The notes under the pieces were generated by a model. That model had not been told where the DNA came from, made no database searches, and saw only the letters and a program-made list of their open reading frames with translations. Made by a program: the position numbers and the translations under genes. A stretch of DNA of 32,000 nt. Source: Pseudomonas aeruginosa (GTDB lineage: Bacteria > Pseudomonadota > Gammaproteobacteria > Pseudomonadales > Pseudomonadaceae). The stretch covers positions 3,450,001-3,482,000 of the forward strand of contig NZ_LN831024.1 in assembly GCF_001457615.1 (NCBI RefSeq). The letters are read 5' to 3'. This document shows positions 9,710 through 21,600 of the stretch, piece after piece; position 1 is the stretch's first letter; every line of letters starts with the position of its first letter.

Positions 9710-10264
9710 ATGACCGAGCCTCTCCCTTCTTCGTCCCTGGGCCCCGCCCTGCGTCGCTGGCGCCTGCTGCACCGGGTCAAGCAAACGCATGCCGCCGAAT
9801 TGCTCGGCGTGGCGCAATCGACCATCTCGCGCTGGGAGTCCGGTACCCAGGCGCTGCTGGTGGAGGAACGGGCACGCCTGGAGCGTCTGCTCGGCGCCCG
9901 CCTGGAAGCCGCCGCCGACCAGGCACTGGCCCGCCTGGTCGAGGCCAACCCGCAACCCGTGCACCTGATCTGCGACCTCACCCATCGCCTGTTGGCCTGT
10001 TCGCCGGCACGCGCCGCGCAATTCGGCGTGCCTCTCGGCGAACTGCTCGACCGTTCGCTGTGGCCCTATTGCAGCGAGGAAATCCTCCGCCAGGAAGCCA
10101 CCCTCGAGGAACTCGGCTGGCGCGAACTGCTGGCACCGCCGGCGCTGGAGTTCGCCAGCGGAGCGAACGCCTCGGCCATCGTGCCGATCCGGCGCAGCCG
10201 TTGCCGCTGGACCCGCATGACCCTCTCGGACGGACGCGCGGTGCGCCTGGTGGAAACCCTCTGA
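9710..10264 (+). CDS. XRE-family helix-turn-helix regulator
   Basis: 184 aa; LRRWRLLHRVKQTHAAELLGVAQSTISRWESGTQALLVEERARLERLL. Confidence 0.82.
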   Translation: MTEPLPSSSLGPALRRWRLLHRVKQTHAAELLGVAQSTISRWESGTQALLVEERARLERLLGARLEAAADQALARLVEANPQPVHLICDLTHRLLACSPARAAQFGVPLGELLDRSLWPYCSEEILRQEATLEELGWRELLAPPALEFASGANASAIVPIRRSRCRWTRMTLSDGRAVRLVETL

Positions 10265-10352
10265 ACGTCGCCGCGGATATTTTATCCATGGACCTTCAGC
10301 ACCGCCGCGCCTAGGCTTGCAGGCTCGTTTCACCGGTAGCGGAGCCCGCGCC

Positions 10353-10931
10353 ATGTCCCTCGAACTGCTGAGCAACCGCCTCGAATTCCTCCGCGAAGCC
10401 GAACGCCTGAAAGACGTCCTGCGCTCCGCGCACACCTCCTCCGGCCGCCCGGAAAGCACCGCCGAACATAGCTGGCGGCTGTGCCTGATGGCACTGGCCT
10501 TCGAGGACCAACTGGCCGGCCTGGACCTCGGCAAGGTCCTGCGCATGTGCGTGGTCCACGACCTCGGCGAAGCGATCCACGGCGACATCCCCGCCGTCGA
10601 GCAGGCCGCGCACCCGGACAAAGGCGAACAGGAACGCGCCGACCTGTTGCAGCTGACCCGTCACCTCGACGCGCCGCTGCGCGACCGCCTGCTCGCCCTG
10701 TGGGACGAATACGAGCGCGGCGAGTCCGCCGAAGCCCTGGCAGTGAAGGCCCTGGACAAGCTGGAAACCCTGCTCCAGCACACCCAGGGCGACAATCCGG
10801 CGGACTTCGACTATGCCTTCAACCTCGACTACGGCCGTCGCTATACCGACCGCGCACCGCTGTTCAAGACCCTGCGCGAGCTACTCGACGCCAGGACCCG
10901 ACAGCGCCTCGCAGCTCGGCGCGACGCCTAG
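10353..10931 (+). CDS. HD-domain hydrolase (YfbR/5'-deoxynucleotidase-like)
   Basis: 192 aa from internal start MSLELLSNRLEFL; HD motifs AEHSWR, VVHDLGEA, KALDKLE. Confidence 0.85.
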   Translation: MSLELLSNRLEFLREAERLKDVLRSAHTSSGRPESTAEHSWRLCLMALAFEDQLAGLDLGKVLRMCVVHDLGEAIHGDIPAVEQAAHPDKGEQERADLLQLTRHLDAPLRDRLLALWDEYERGESAEALAVKALDKLETLLQHTQGDNPADFDYAFNLDYGRRYTDRAPLFKTLRELLDARTRQRLAARRDA

Positions 10932-11039
10932 CGTGCGCCCGCCCGGGCAGCGTTACCAGCACCACCGCCTACGTAGCTCGCCATGACTACAGGGAAGCGG
11001 CTGGCACGTTTCCACCGACCGGGGCCTGTCCTGCACGCC

Positions 11040-12227
11040 TCAGTAAAGGCGCGCCTTGATCAGCGGCCGCAGCAGGTAGTTGAGCACGCTGCGCTTGCCG
11101 CTGAGGATGTCCACCTCGGCGACCATCCCCGGAATGATCGGCAATACCTCCTCGCCGCGCTTCAACTGGCTGCCATCGGTCTTGATCAGCACCTGGTAGT
11201 AGGACTCCTTGCCATGCGGGGTGTCCTCCTCGATGGTGTCGGCACTGATCTGCTCCAGGGTGCCCTTGAGGTCGCCGTAGATGGTGTAGTCGTAGGCGGT
11301 GATCTTCACCTTGGCCGGCATGCCGGGAACCAGGAAGGCCACGTCGCGCGGCTTGATCTTCGCCTCCACCAGCAGACGCTCCTCTACCGGGATCACTTCC
11401 ATGATCGGCTCGCCGGGCTGGATCACCCCGCCGCGGGTGTTGATCAGCACGGTGTTCACCCGCCCGCGCACTGGCGACAGGATCTCGGTGCGGCGCAACT
11501 GGTCCTGGCGCTGCTGGACGATCGGTTCCAGGGCGCTGAGATCGGCCTTGCGCTGTGCGCGCTCGGTATAGGCATCCTGGAAATAGGTGCTTTTCAGCTC
11601 GGTCAGCTTGCCGCTGAGGGTGGCGATGTCCTGGCTCAGCTTGAGCGCCTCCATCTGGCTCACCGCACGCTTGGCCACCAGCGGGCGAACCAGGTCGAGC
11701 TGGCTCTGCGCCAGGTGAATCTGCCGCTGGATCGCCTGGGTGCCCTCCACCAGTTTGTCGCGGCGCGACTTGAACAGCTCGCGTTCGGAACGCGCCAGCG
11801 GCCCCTCGGGATCGACGTCCGGCGGGAACTCGATGCTCTTCTTGCCTAGCACCTCGGCGTCGAGCCGGGCAATGGCCGCGCGCAGCACGCTGGCCTGGTT
11901 CGCCGACTCCTGGAAGTTGGTGAGGAAGCGCGTCTCGTCGAGGCGCACCAGCGGCTGGCCGACTTCCACCAGGTCGCCCTCCTTCACCAGCAGGCGGTCG
12001 AGGATGCCGCCCTCCAGGCTCTGGATCTTCTGGATGCGGCTGAACGGCACGACCCGACCGTCGCCGCGGGTCACCTCGTCCAGTTGCGCCCAGGCCGCCC
12101 AGCCGATGAACAGCAGCACGCAACCGAGCAGGGTCCAGAGCAGCGGCCGGTAGACCGGGTGGGTAGCCGCCAGCAACGGGTCGGCCAGTTGCCGGCGCAG
12201 GGCGGCGGCGTCGCGGTCAGAGTCCAT
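11040..12227 (-). CDS. HlyD/LapC-family periplasmic adaptor of type I secretion system
   Basis: 395 aa; single N-terminal TM, EVDEVTRGDGRVVPFSRIQKIQSLEGGILDRLLVKEGDLVEVGQPLVRLD biotinyl-lipoyl-like motif, long coiled coil, and C-terminal GMVAEVDILSGKRSVLNYLLRPL. Confidence 0.94.
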   Translation of the reverse strand: MDSDRDAAALRRQLADPLLAATHPVYRPLLWTLLGCVLLFIGWAAWAQLDEVTRGDGRVVPFSRIQKIQSLEGGILDRLLVKEGDLVEVGQPLVRLDETRFLTNFQESANQASVLRAAIARLDAEVLGKKSIEFPPDVDPEGPLARSERELFKSRRDKLVEGTQAIQRQIHLAQSQLDLVRPLVAKRAVSQMEALKLSQDIATLSGKLTELKSTYFQDAYTERAQRKADLSALEPIVQQRQDQLRRTEILSPVRGRVNTVLINTRGGVIQPGEPIMEVIPVEERLLVEAKIKPRDVAFLVPGMPAKVKITAYDYTIYGDLKGTLEQISADTIEEDTPHGKESYYQVLIKTDGSQLKRGEEVLPIIPGMVAEVDILSGKRSVLNYLLRPLIKARLY

Positions 12228-14388
12228 GGTTGCCTCCTTCGGCGGCCTGCGGTGCCTGTACCTGGTTGCCCTGCACCACCTGCTCCAGCGGGCCGTCCAT
12301 GATCACCCTGCCCTGGCGCAGGACCACCGCACGCTCGACCAGGGCGAGCATGCTTTTCTTGTGGGTGGTGATGACCAGGGTGCGCTTGCCCAACCATTGC
12401 TGCAGGTAGTCGATGACCTGTTTCTCGCTGCCCTGGTCGAAGGCCGCGGTCGGCTCGTCGAGCAGCAGGATCGGAGGGTCCTGTAGCAGCACCCGGGCCA
12501 GCCCGACGGCCTGGCGCTGGCCGCCGGACAGGCTGGCGTTGCCCTGGATCGGCATGTCCAGCCCCAGCGGGTGGCCGCGGACGAAAGCGCCCAGGCCGAC
12601 CCCGTCGAGGGTCTCCAGCAGTTCCTCGTCGCCCAGCGCGGCGTTCTCCAGGTTGAGGTTGTCGCGCAGGCTGCCATGGAACAGCGCCACGTCCTGCGGC
12701 AGGTAGCCGATACCGCGCTGGCGGTCGGCCGGGTCGATCTGGGTCAGGCTGACGTCGTCCAGCAGCAGGCGTCCCGCCTGCGCGTCGAGCAGGCCGCTGA
12801 GCAGGCGCAGCAGGGTCGACTTGCCGGCGCCGTTGCCGCCGAGCAGCGCCACCCGCTCGCCGGCGCGGATGTTCAGGGCCTGCACGTCGACCACCGGCGG
12901 GCTGTCGCCGTGGGCCAGGCGCACGCCCTCCAGGCGGTAATGCCCCTGCAGGCGCTCCTTGTGCACGAAGCGCTTGCCCTGGGGTCGCTCCTGCTCGGCG
13001 CTCATCAGTTGGTCGAGGCCTTCCATCGCCACCTTGGTGTGCTGCCAGCGACCGAGGATGCCGGCCGCCTGCGACAGCGGTGCGATGGCCCGCGAGGCGA
13101 GGATCGAGCAGGCCACCAGGCCGCCGACGGTCATCGCGCCCTCGCTGATCCGATAGACGCCGAAGACCACCACGCCGACGTAGCAGAGCTGCTGGACGAT
13201 GCTCGCCGAGTAGCTCAGGGTCGAGGCCAGGGTATGGGTCTTCATCGCCGTACCGGCCAGTTCGCCGGTCAGGGTTTCCCACTGGTGCAGGCAGCGGCCT
13301 TCGGCGCGGGTCGCCTTGACCGTCTCCAGGTGCTCGAAGGCTTCCAGCAGCACGCCGTTCTTCATCGCCCCTTCGCGCAGGTTCTGCCGCGACAGGTGGC
13401 CGAGCAGGCGCTGGGTCAGCAGCCCCGGCAGGATCATCAGCACGCAGGCCACCAGCGGCACCCAGACCACATGGCCGCCGATCACGGCGATGATCAGCAG
13501 GAAGATCGCCACGAACGGCAGGTCGCTGATCAGCGCCGCGCTGGACGAGGTAAAGAACTCGCGCACCGACTCGAACTCCCGCACCTGGGTACTGAAGGCG
13601 CCCATCGACGCCGGCTTGGCGGCGACCCGGGTGCTCAGCACGCGGGAGAACAGCAGGGTCGAGAGTTGCAGGTCGAGGCGCTTGCCGAGCACGTTGAGCA
13701 GGTGGCCGCGCATGATCCGCAGGACACCGTCGAGGACGATCGCCAGGGCCACGCCGCTGGCGAGGATCCACAGGGTGTCGAACGCCGCGTTGGGCACCAC
13801 GCGGTCGTAGACCTGCATGGCGAACAGTGCCGAGGCGACCGCCAGGACGTTGGCCACCAACGCCGCGGCGGTGACCTCGGCGTAGGAACGCCAGAGCCGC
13901 TTGAGCGGGCCGAAGAACCAGTGTTCGGGCAAGGCGCTGGCGTAGTCGCCGACCCGCCCGTCCGGGCGGTAGCGGCACTTGGCGAAGACCGCCGTGCCGC
14001 TGTACAGCGCTTCCAGCTCGGCCAGCGGCATCCTCTGGCTTCCGCCGTCGCTCTGCGGTACCAGCACCTCGGCGTGCTCGCCGTCGTTGCCCACCAGCAC
14101 CAGGGCGCGGCCGTCGTCGAGCAGCAGCAGGGCCGGCAGCAGGTAGCGATCGATCCGGCGCAACGGCTGGCGGGTGACCTGGGCGGTGATGTCGGCGCGG
14201 CGCAACGCGCGGGCCACCAGGTGCAACGGCAGGCGACCGTGCTCCAGCGACATGCCGTCCACCAGTTCGGCGTCGCCGAGCGGTCGGCCAAGCTGCCGGC
14301 AGAGCAGCAACAAGCCCTGGCGCAACGGGTCGACGATGGGGTCGTGGTTGAGGATCACGACGTTATCCGGGGTTTTCTCAGCTTCCAT
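12217..14388 (-). CDS. Type I secretion ABC exporter (LapB/HlyB-like, ATPase + permease, N-terminal C39-like domain lacking obvious catalytic Cys)
   Basis: 723 aa; Walker A ALLGGNGAGKSTLL, signature LSGGQRQAVGLARVLLQDPPILLLDEPTAAFD; overlaps the adaptor gene by 11 bp. Confidence 0.95.
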   Translation of the reverse strand: MEAEKTPDNVVILNHDPIVDPLRQGLLLLCRQLGRPLGDAELVDGMSLEHGRLPLHLVARALRRADITAQVTRQPLRRIDRYLLPALLLLDDGRALVLVGNDGEHAEVLVPQSDGGSQRMPLAELEALYSGTAVFAKCRYRPDGRVGDYASALPEHWFFGPLKRLWRSYAEVTAAALVANVLAVASALFAMQVYDRVVPNAAFDTLWILASGVALAIVLDGVLRIMRGHLLNVLGKRLDLQLSTLLFSRVLSTRVAAKPASMGAFSTQVREFESVREFFTSSSAALISDLPFVAIFLLIIAVIGGHVVWVPLVACVLMILPGLLTQRLLGHLSRQNLREGAMKNGVLLEAFEHLETVKATRAEGRCLHQWETLTGELAGTAMKTHTLASTLSYSASIVQQLCYVGVVVFGVYRISEGAMTVGGLVACSILASRAIAPLSQAAGILGRWQHTKVAMEGLDQLMSAEQERPQGKRFVHKERLQGHYRLEGVRLAHGDSPPVVDVQALNIRAGERVALLGGNGAGKSTLLRLLSGLLDAQAGRLLLDDVSLTQIDPADRQRGIGYLPQDVALFHGSLRDNLNLENAALGDEELLETLDGVGLGAFVRGHPLGLDMPIQGNASLSGGQRQAVGLARVLLQDPPILLLDEPTAAFDQGSEKQVIDYLQQWLGKRTLVITTHKKSMLALVERAVVLRQGRVIMDGPLEQVVQGNQVQAPQAAEGGNHGL

Positions 14389-15655
14389 GATTCAGCCGGT
14401 TCTCCAATAGCGGACCCAACAGGCCGACTTGCGCGGCCGCCCGATACTCGATGCGCTTGCGTTCGATCCGCAGGTTGATCAGTTGCCGCTCTGCCTCGAA
14501 CCGCTCGCGCTGCACGTTGAGCAGGTCGATCACGTCGCGCCGGCCAACCTCGAACTGTTCGCGATACAACTCGCCGACCTGCTCCGACTCGGTCACCTGC
14601 TGGGTCAGCGACTGTTCCCGCCAGCGCAGCGTGTCGCCGTTGTCGAAGAGGTTCTGCAGTTGCCGGCGGATGTCGCGCTGCATCGCGTCGGCGCTCCATT
14701 TCGCCGACTCCAGGCGCTGCTGCGCGGCGGTCGGCCGGCGGAAGTTGGAAAGCCCCTGGAAGGTGTCCATGCGGAAGCGCAGGGATACCACCGAGTCGCT
14801 TTCCGGATGCCCGCCGATCTCCCGGCGCAGCGCGCTGGCCTCCAGGTTCAGTTGCGGCAGCAGCGACGCCTTGGCCTCGCGGACCTCGGCCTCGGCGACA
14901 TTGGCGTCCTCCAGGGCCTTGCGCTGCAAAGGCGATTCGCGGATCACCCGCGCCATATCGCTGGCCGCCAGGTAGCGTTGCAGCGACATCGGCTCGGGCT
15001 CCACCAGGTCGGCGGGCTCCTGGCCGACCAGGATCGCGTACTGGTTGCGCGCGTCCTGCAGGTTGCCCTTCTCCAGCGACAACTGCTCCTGGGCCCGCGA
15101 CAGTTCCAGATTGGCGCGATCCAGCTCGCTGCGGTCGGCGTAGCCGTCGCCGCCGCGCGCCTGGGTCATCTCGCGGATGCCGTCGAGGCGCTGGATGTGT
15201 TCGCGCACCGCCTCCACCCGGCGCTCCGAGGCAAGCACATCGAGGTAGGTCTCGACGATATCCAGCGCCGCATCGTCGCGCGCCACCAGCACCGCCTCGG
15301 ACAGCTTGCGCTGGGTCGCGCTGGCGCTGTCGACCTTGCTCGTCACCCGACCCCAGTCGTACAGCATCTGCGACGCGGTGAGATCGTAGACGATCTCGCC
15401 GAAGTCGAACTCCTGCGGCCCCCCGGACATCGTCACGGAGGGGTAGTACCCCCCTTTGGCCATCTCCACCTCGGTGCCTGCACGGTCCGCTTCGGCCATC
15501 GCGGATCGTACTTCCGGGTGGATCGCCAGCCCTGCCCTGACCGCCTGGTCGAGGGGCATGGCCGACGCGAACATCGGCAGACCCAGGGAAAGGAGCCAGA
15601 TGGCTCCCTTCCCATGCCGCCGTCCCTTGCGCGCGTACTGCCTGCGCCCGCGCAT
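14378..15655 (-). CDS. opmL: TolC-family outer membrane efflux/secretion protein
   Basis: 425 aa; MPLDQAVRAGLAIHPEVRSAMAEADRAG... and SASATQRKLSEAVLVARDDAALDIVETYLDVLAS; overlaps the exporter start by 11 bp and abuts the adhesin stop (TGATG). Symbol from memory. Confidence 0.9.
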   Translation of the reverse strand: MRGRRQYARKGRRHGKGAIWLLSLGLPMFASAMPLDQAVRAGLAIHPEVRSAMAEADRAGTEVEMAKGGYYPSVTMSGGPQEFDFGEIVYDLTASQMLYDWGRVTSKVDSASATQRKLSEAVLVARDDAALDIVETYLDVLASERRVEAVREHIQRLDGIREMTQARGGDGYADRSELDRANLELSRAQEQLSLEKGNLQDARNQYAILVGQEPADLVEPEPMSLQRYLAASDMARVIRESPLQRKALEDANVAEAEVREAKASLLPQLNLEASALRREIGGHPESDSVVSLRFRMDTFQGLSNFRRPTAAQQRLESAKWSADAMQRDIRRQLQNLFDNGDTLRWREQSLTQQVTESEQVGELYREQFEVGRRDVIDLLNVQRERFEAERQLINLRIERKRIEYRAAAQVGLLGPLLENRLNHGS

Positions 15656-18600
15656 CAGACCACGACCTGTACCGTGTTGTCCTCGATCAGCAGGGTGGTA
15701 CTGCCGAAGGTGTAGACGTCGTAGGTAATGCCGTTGATCAGTTGCGTGGTACCGGTATTCACCGCGCCCACCACGTTCAGGGTGTCGTTGTTCTCGCCGG
15801 TGATCTGCAACGTGTTGTTGGCATCGGTGATGGCATCCACCTCCGCCGCGGTCAGGGTCAGCACGCTACCCGAATCGCCCTTGCCGAGGTCGATGCGCTC
15901 GAGGTTGCTGAGCGTGCCGACGCCGACGGCGTTGTAGTCGAGGTCGATGCCGTTGGCCAGGACCAGGGTGTCGAACCCGGCGCCGCCATCGATGCTGACG
16001 AAATCGGTCGCGGTGATCTGGATGGTGTCGTTGCCGTTGCCGGCCACCACGTGATCGCCGGTGCCCACGTTGAAGATCAGGTCGCTGCCGTCGCCGCCGT
16101 TGATGTGCTCCGAACTGCCGTTGGCGCCGGACAGCACGTCGTCGCCGGAAGTACCGTTGACATCGATCTGGCCGATATTGAGCGACAGTCCGTTGGGGGT
16201 CAGGGTGATCCCGTAGGCGGCGCTGTCGTTGCCATTGGAGTCGGTGGACACCAGGTTGAACGAGATCTGCGAGCCGAGGTTGAGGATGTCGGTGATGTTC
16301 AGCCCCAACTGGGTGAGGATGGTCGGGCTCAGCAGGTTCAGCGAGAAGTTTCCGGACGAATCCGCCTGGATCGGCAGCAATTCGACGTTCAACGCCGGGG
16401 TGATGACCCGGATCACCACGCTGGAGTCAGGCTCGGTGGTTCCGCTGAAACCGAAACGCGGGTTCAGCGGGTTGAGGCTGACGTCGAGGCCGAAGTTGCC
16501 GATGGTCACCGGTTGCTCGATGCTGGTGCCGACGCCGATGCTCGCCGTGTTGCTCGGGTTGCCGGCCGGGTCGCGTCCGACCACCGACACCTGGGCATTG
16601 AGCAACTGGTCCCAACTGAAGTCGATGTCCAGGTCGGTGAGCAGGTTCAGCGACGCCAGCCCGCTGTTGTCGGCGGTCACCGTGGCGGTGGCGGTCACCC
16701 CGCCGACGTCGACGGTCACCGTCAACTCGGTCCCTGGCTCCGCCGAGATGGTCAGGATGTTGCCGACCAAGGACAGCACCGGGGTCGCCGGCGGAATGGT
16801 GTCGATGGTGAACGGCACCGGGGTCGACGCGGTGCCGCCGTTGATGTCGGCGGTGACGGTCGAGGCGCCCTCCGGGAACGGGCCCATGCCGCCGGGAGGC
16901 GTCAGGGTCAGGGTCAGGTTGCCGGCGGCGATGTCGCCGGCGGTGAGGGTATGGCTGACCTCGGCCTCGTAGCCGTTCTGCCCGGCGAACTTGACCGTGA
17001 CCACCTGGCCGACCTGCATGGTCGGACGGACCGTCACATCGACCTGGATGCCGTCGCCGATCTCCGCGGCGTTGATCCAGGTATCGGCGGCTTCCGGCAC
17101 GCTGATGGTCGGCGGCGCCAGGTCCGGCGCGTTGATGGTGGCCGGCCCGCTGACGTTGCCGGCGGCGTCCACGGCAACCCCGGCGATCAGTTCGCCGGTG
17201 ATCAGCGGCGGCGCGAACGGCAGGCTGAAGTTGCCGGCGCCGTCGACGGTGACCGTGATCGGGTTGGCGGTGTCGCCGTTGACCACGATACGCACCTGAC
17301 TGTTCGGCTCGGCGGTGCCGGTCAGCAGCGCGCCGTCGGCGCTGATGCTCAGCAGCGGAGCGGACGGCGCCACCGAGTCCACCGTGGTGCTGGCCGGACC
17401 GCTGGCGTTGCCCGCGGCGTCTTCGGCGACGGCGTTGATCACCGTACCGTTGGCCAGCGGCGTGCCGGGGGTGAAGGTCCAGTTGCCACTGCCGTCGGCG
17501 GTGGTCTCGCCGATCGGGTTGCCGTTGCCGTCGGTGAGGATCACTTTGGCGCCGACCTCGGCGGTGCCGGTGATCACGCTGCCGTTGCTGGCATTGATCA
17601 CCGGCGTGGCCGGCGCCACCGTATCCACCGTGGTGCTGGCCGGACCGCTGGTATTGCCGGCCGGGTCCTGGGCCACGGCGTTGACCACCGTGCCGTTGAC
17701 CAGCGGCGTGCCCGGTGTGAAGGTCCAGTTGCCGCTACCGTCGGCGAGGGTCTGGCCGATCGGGTTGCCATTGCCATCGGTGAGGATCACCCGGACGCCG
17801 GGTTCGGCGGTGCCGCTGAGTTCGACACCATTGCTCGGGTCGATCACCGGGGTGGCCGGGGCCACCGCGTCCACCGTGGTGCTGACCGGACCGCTGGTGT
17901 TGCCGGCGGCGTCCTGGGCCACCGCATTGATCACCGTGCCGTTGGTCAGCGGTGTGCCCGGAGTGAAGCTCCAGTTGCCGCTGCCATCGGCGGTGGCCTG
18001 CCCTATCGGGTTGCCGCCGCCGTCGGTGAGGATCACCGTGGCCCCGGCTTCGGCGGTACCGCTGATCACCGTACCGTTGCTCGGATCGAGCACCGGGGTG
18101 GCCGGGGCTACCGAGTCCACCGTGGTGCTGGCCGGGCCGCTGGTGTTGCCGGCGGCGTCCTGGGCCAGCGCATTGATCACCGAGCCGTTGGCCAGCGGCG
18201 TGCCGGGCGTGAAGCTCCAGTTGCCGCTGCCGTCGGCGGTGACCTGGCCGATCGGGTTGCCGTTGCCGTCGGTGAGGATCACCGTGGCCCCGGCTTCCGC
18301 CGTACCGCTGATGACGACTCCATTGCTCGGATTGATCACCGGCGCCGGCGGGGCGATGGCATCGACGGTGACGCTGGCCGGACCGCTGGTATTGCCGGCC
18401 GGGTCCTGGGCCACGGCGTTGATCACGGTGCCGTTGGCCAGCGGGGTGCTCGGGGTGAACGTCCAGTTGCCGCTGCCGTCGGCGGTGGCCTGGCCGATCG
18501 GGTTGCCGCCGCCATCGGTGAGGATCACCGTCGCACCGGCTTCCGCGGTACCGGCGATCACGCTGCCGTTGCTCGGGTCGATCACCGGCGCGGCCGGCGC

Positions 18601-21600
18601 CACCGAGTCCACCGTGGTGCTGGCCGGGCCGCTGGTGTTGCCGGCAGCGTCCTGGGCCACCGCATTGACCACCGTGCCATTGGCCAGCGGCGTGCCGGGC
18701 GTGAAGCTCCAGTTGCCGCTGCCATCGGCGGTGACCTGGCCGATCGGGTTGCCGTTGCCGTCGGTGAGGATCACCGTGGCACCAGCCTCGGCGGTACCGG
18801 CGATCACGCTACCGTTGCTCGGATCGATCACCGGGGCTGCTGGCGCCAGCGAGTCGACGGTGGCGCTGGTGGGACTGCTGTTGTTGCCGGCGGCGTCCTG
18901 GGCCAGCGCATTGATCACCGTGCCATTGGCCAACGGCGTAGCGGGCGTGAAGGCCCAGTTGCCGCTGCCGTCGGCGGTGACCTGGCCGATCGGGTTGCCG
19001 TTGCCGTCGGTGAGGATCACCGTGGCCCCGGCTTCCGCCGTACCGCTGATGACGACTCCGTTGCTCGGATCGATCACCGGCGCCGGCGGGGCGATGGCAT
19101 CGACGGTGACGCTGGCCGGACCGCTGGTGTTGCCGGCCGGGTCCTGGGCCACGGCGTTGATCACGGTGCCGTTGGCCAGCGGGGTGCCCGGGGTGAACGT
19201 CCAGTTGCCGCTGCCGTCGGCGGTAGCCTGGCCAATCGGGTTGCCTCCGCCATCGGTGAGGATCACCGTCGCGCCAGCCTCCGCGGTACCGCTTATCTCG
19301 GTGCCGTTGCTCGGATCGATCACCGGCGCCGCCGGGGCCACGCCATCCACCGTGATCACCGCCGGCGCACTGTCGACATTGCTTGGGCTGCGCGCCACCA
19401 CGTTGACCACCGTGCCATCCGGCAGCGGGATGCCTGGAGTGAAGGACCAGTTGCCGCTGCCGTCGGCGGTGACCTGGCCAATCGGGTTGCCGTTGCCATC
19501 GGTGATGATGATGGTGTTGCCGGCGTCCGCGGTGCCGCTGATCACCGAACCGTTGCTCGGATCCACCTGCGGGATCGACGGCAGCGAGGAATCCACCGTC
19601 GTGGTAGCGGGAGCGCTGGTATTGCCGGCGGCGTCGCTCGCGGTCACGTTGACCACGGTGCCGTTGGGTAGTTGCGAGCCGGGCGTGAAGCTCCAGTTGC
19701 CGCTGCCATCGGCGGTGGTCTGGCCGATCGGGTTGCCGTTGCCGTCGGTCAAGGTCACGGTGCTGCCCGGCTCGGCGGTACCGTTGAGCAGGTTGCCGTT
19801 GCTCGGATTGACCACAGGCGTGTTCGGCGCCACCGCGTCCACGGTAGTGCTGCCCTGCGGGCCGGTATTGCCCGCAGGGTCCTGGGCCACGGCGTTGACC
19901 ACCGTGCCGTTGGCCAGCGGCGTGGCGGGCGTGAAGGTCCAGTTGCCGCTGCCGTCGGCGGTGGTTTCGCCGATCGGGTTGCCGTTGCCGTCGGTGAGGA
20001 TCACCTTGGCCCCGGCCTCCGCGGTGCCGCTGATGGTCGTGCCGTTGCTCGGATCGATCACCGGCGCCGGCGGCGCCACCGCGTCCACCGTGGTGGCGGC
20101 CTGCGGGCCGGTATTGCCGGTCGGGTCGGTGGCCGTGGCGACGATCACCGTGCCGTTGGCCAGCGGCGTGCCCGGCGTGAAGCTCCAGTTGCCGCTGCCG
20201 TCGGCGGTGACCTGCCCTATCGGGTTGCCGCCGGCATCGGTGAGGGTCACGGTGGCACCGGCCTCGGCGGTGCCGCTGATGACGACGCCGTTGCTCGGGT
20301 TGATCACCGGCGCCGGCGGCGCGCTGGAATCGACGGTCACCGTCGCCGGCGGGCTGCTGTTACCGGCGGCGTCCTCGGCCACCACGTTGACCACAGTACC
20401 GTTGGCGATCGGCGTGGACGGGGTGTAGGTCCAGTTGCCGCTGCCGTCGGCGGTGACCTCGGCGATCGGATTGCCGTTGCCGTCGGTGAGGATCACCGTG
20501 CTGCCCGGCTCGGCGGTGCCGCTGAGGCTGCTGCCATTGCTCAGGTTGACGGTCGGCGTGGCCGGCGCGATGGCGTCCACGGTGGTGCTGCCCTGGCCGC
20601 CGGTATTGCCGGCCGGGTCGGTAGCGGTGGCGTTGACCACTGTTCCATCCGCCAGCGGCGTGGACGGGGTGAAGCTCCAGTTGCCGCTGCCGTCGGCAGT
20701 GACCTGCCCGATGGGATTGCCGCTGCCATCGGTCAGGGTCACCGTGGCGCCCGGTTCGGCGGTGCCGCTGATCTCCGCGCCGTTGCTCGGATTGACCACC
20801 GGCGCGGCCGGCGCCACCGAGTCCACGGTGGTGCTGGCCGGAGCGCTGGTATTGCCGGTCGGGTCGCTGGCCGTGGCGTTGACCACGGTGCCGTTGGCCA
20901 GCGGCGTGCCCGGCGTGAAGCTCCAGTTGCCACTGCCGTCGGCGGTGACCTGGCCTATCGGGTTGCCGTTGCCGTCGGTCAGGGTCACGGTAGCGCCCGG
21001 CTCGGCGGTGCCGCTGAGCGTGGTGCCGTTGCTCGGGTTGAGCACCGGCGCCGCCGGGGCTTGCGAGTCCACGGTGACGCTGGCGCCCGGGCTGCTATTG
21101 CCGGCGGCGTCCTGGGCCACCACGTTGACCACGGTGCCGTTGGCGATCGGCGTGGACGGGGTGTAGGTCCAGTTGCCGCTGCCGTCGGCGGTGACCTCGG
21201 CGATCGGATTGCCGTTGCCGTCGGTGAGGATCACCGTGCTACCCGGTTCCGCAGTGCCGCTGAGGCTGCTGCCGTTGCTCAGGTTGACGGTCGGCGTGGT
21301 CGGCGCCACGCCATCGACGGTGGTGCTGCCCTGGCCGCTGGTGTTGCCCGCCGGATCGGTGGCCGTGGCGTTGACCACGGTTCCATCCGCCAGCGGCGTG
21401 GACGGGGTGAAGCTCCAGTTGCCGCTGCCGTCGGCGGTGACCTGCCCGATCGGGTTGCCGTTGCCATCGGTCAGAGTCACGCTGCTGCCCGGCTCGGCGG
21501 TGCCGCTGAGCGTGGTGCCGTTGCTGGGGTTGATCACTGGCGTGGCCGGGGCTACCGAGTCCACGGTGACACTGCTGCCCGCACTGGTGTTGCCGGAGGC

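Noticed and set aside
7204-9981. 925-aa minus-strand ORF opposite the molybdoenzyme genes
   Set aside because: Shadow ORF from GC3-biased codons; Arg/Gly/His-rich translation with no domain features, fully overlapped by well-supported coding sequence.
11040-15655. T1SS genes considered as an RND/MFS multidrug efflux system
   Set aside because: Adaptor, HlyB/LapB-like ABC and TolC-like proteins are fused by overlap to an RTX-like giant adhesin, so adhesin secretion is the simplest primary function.
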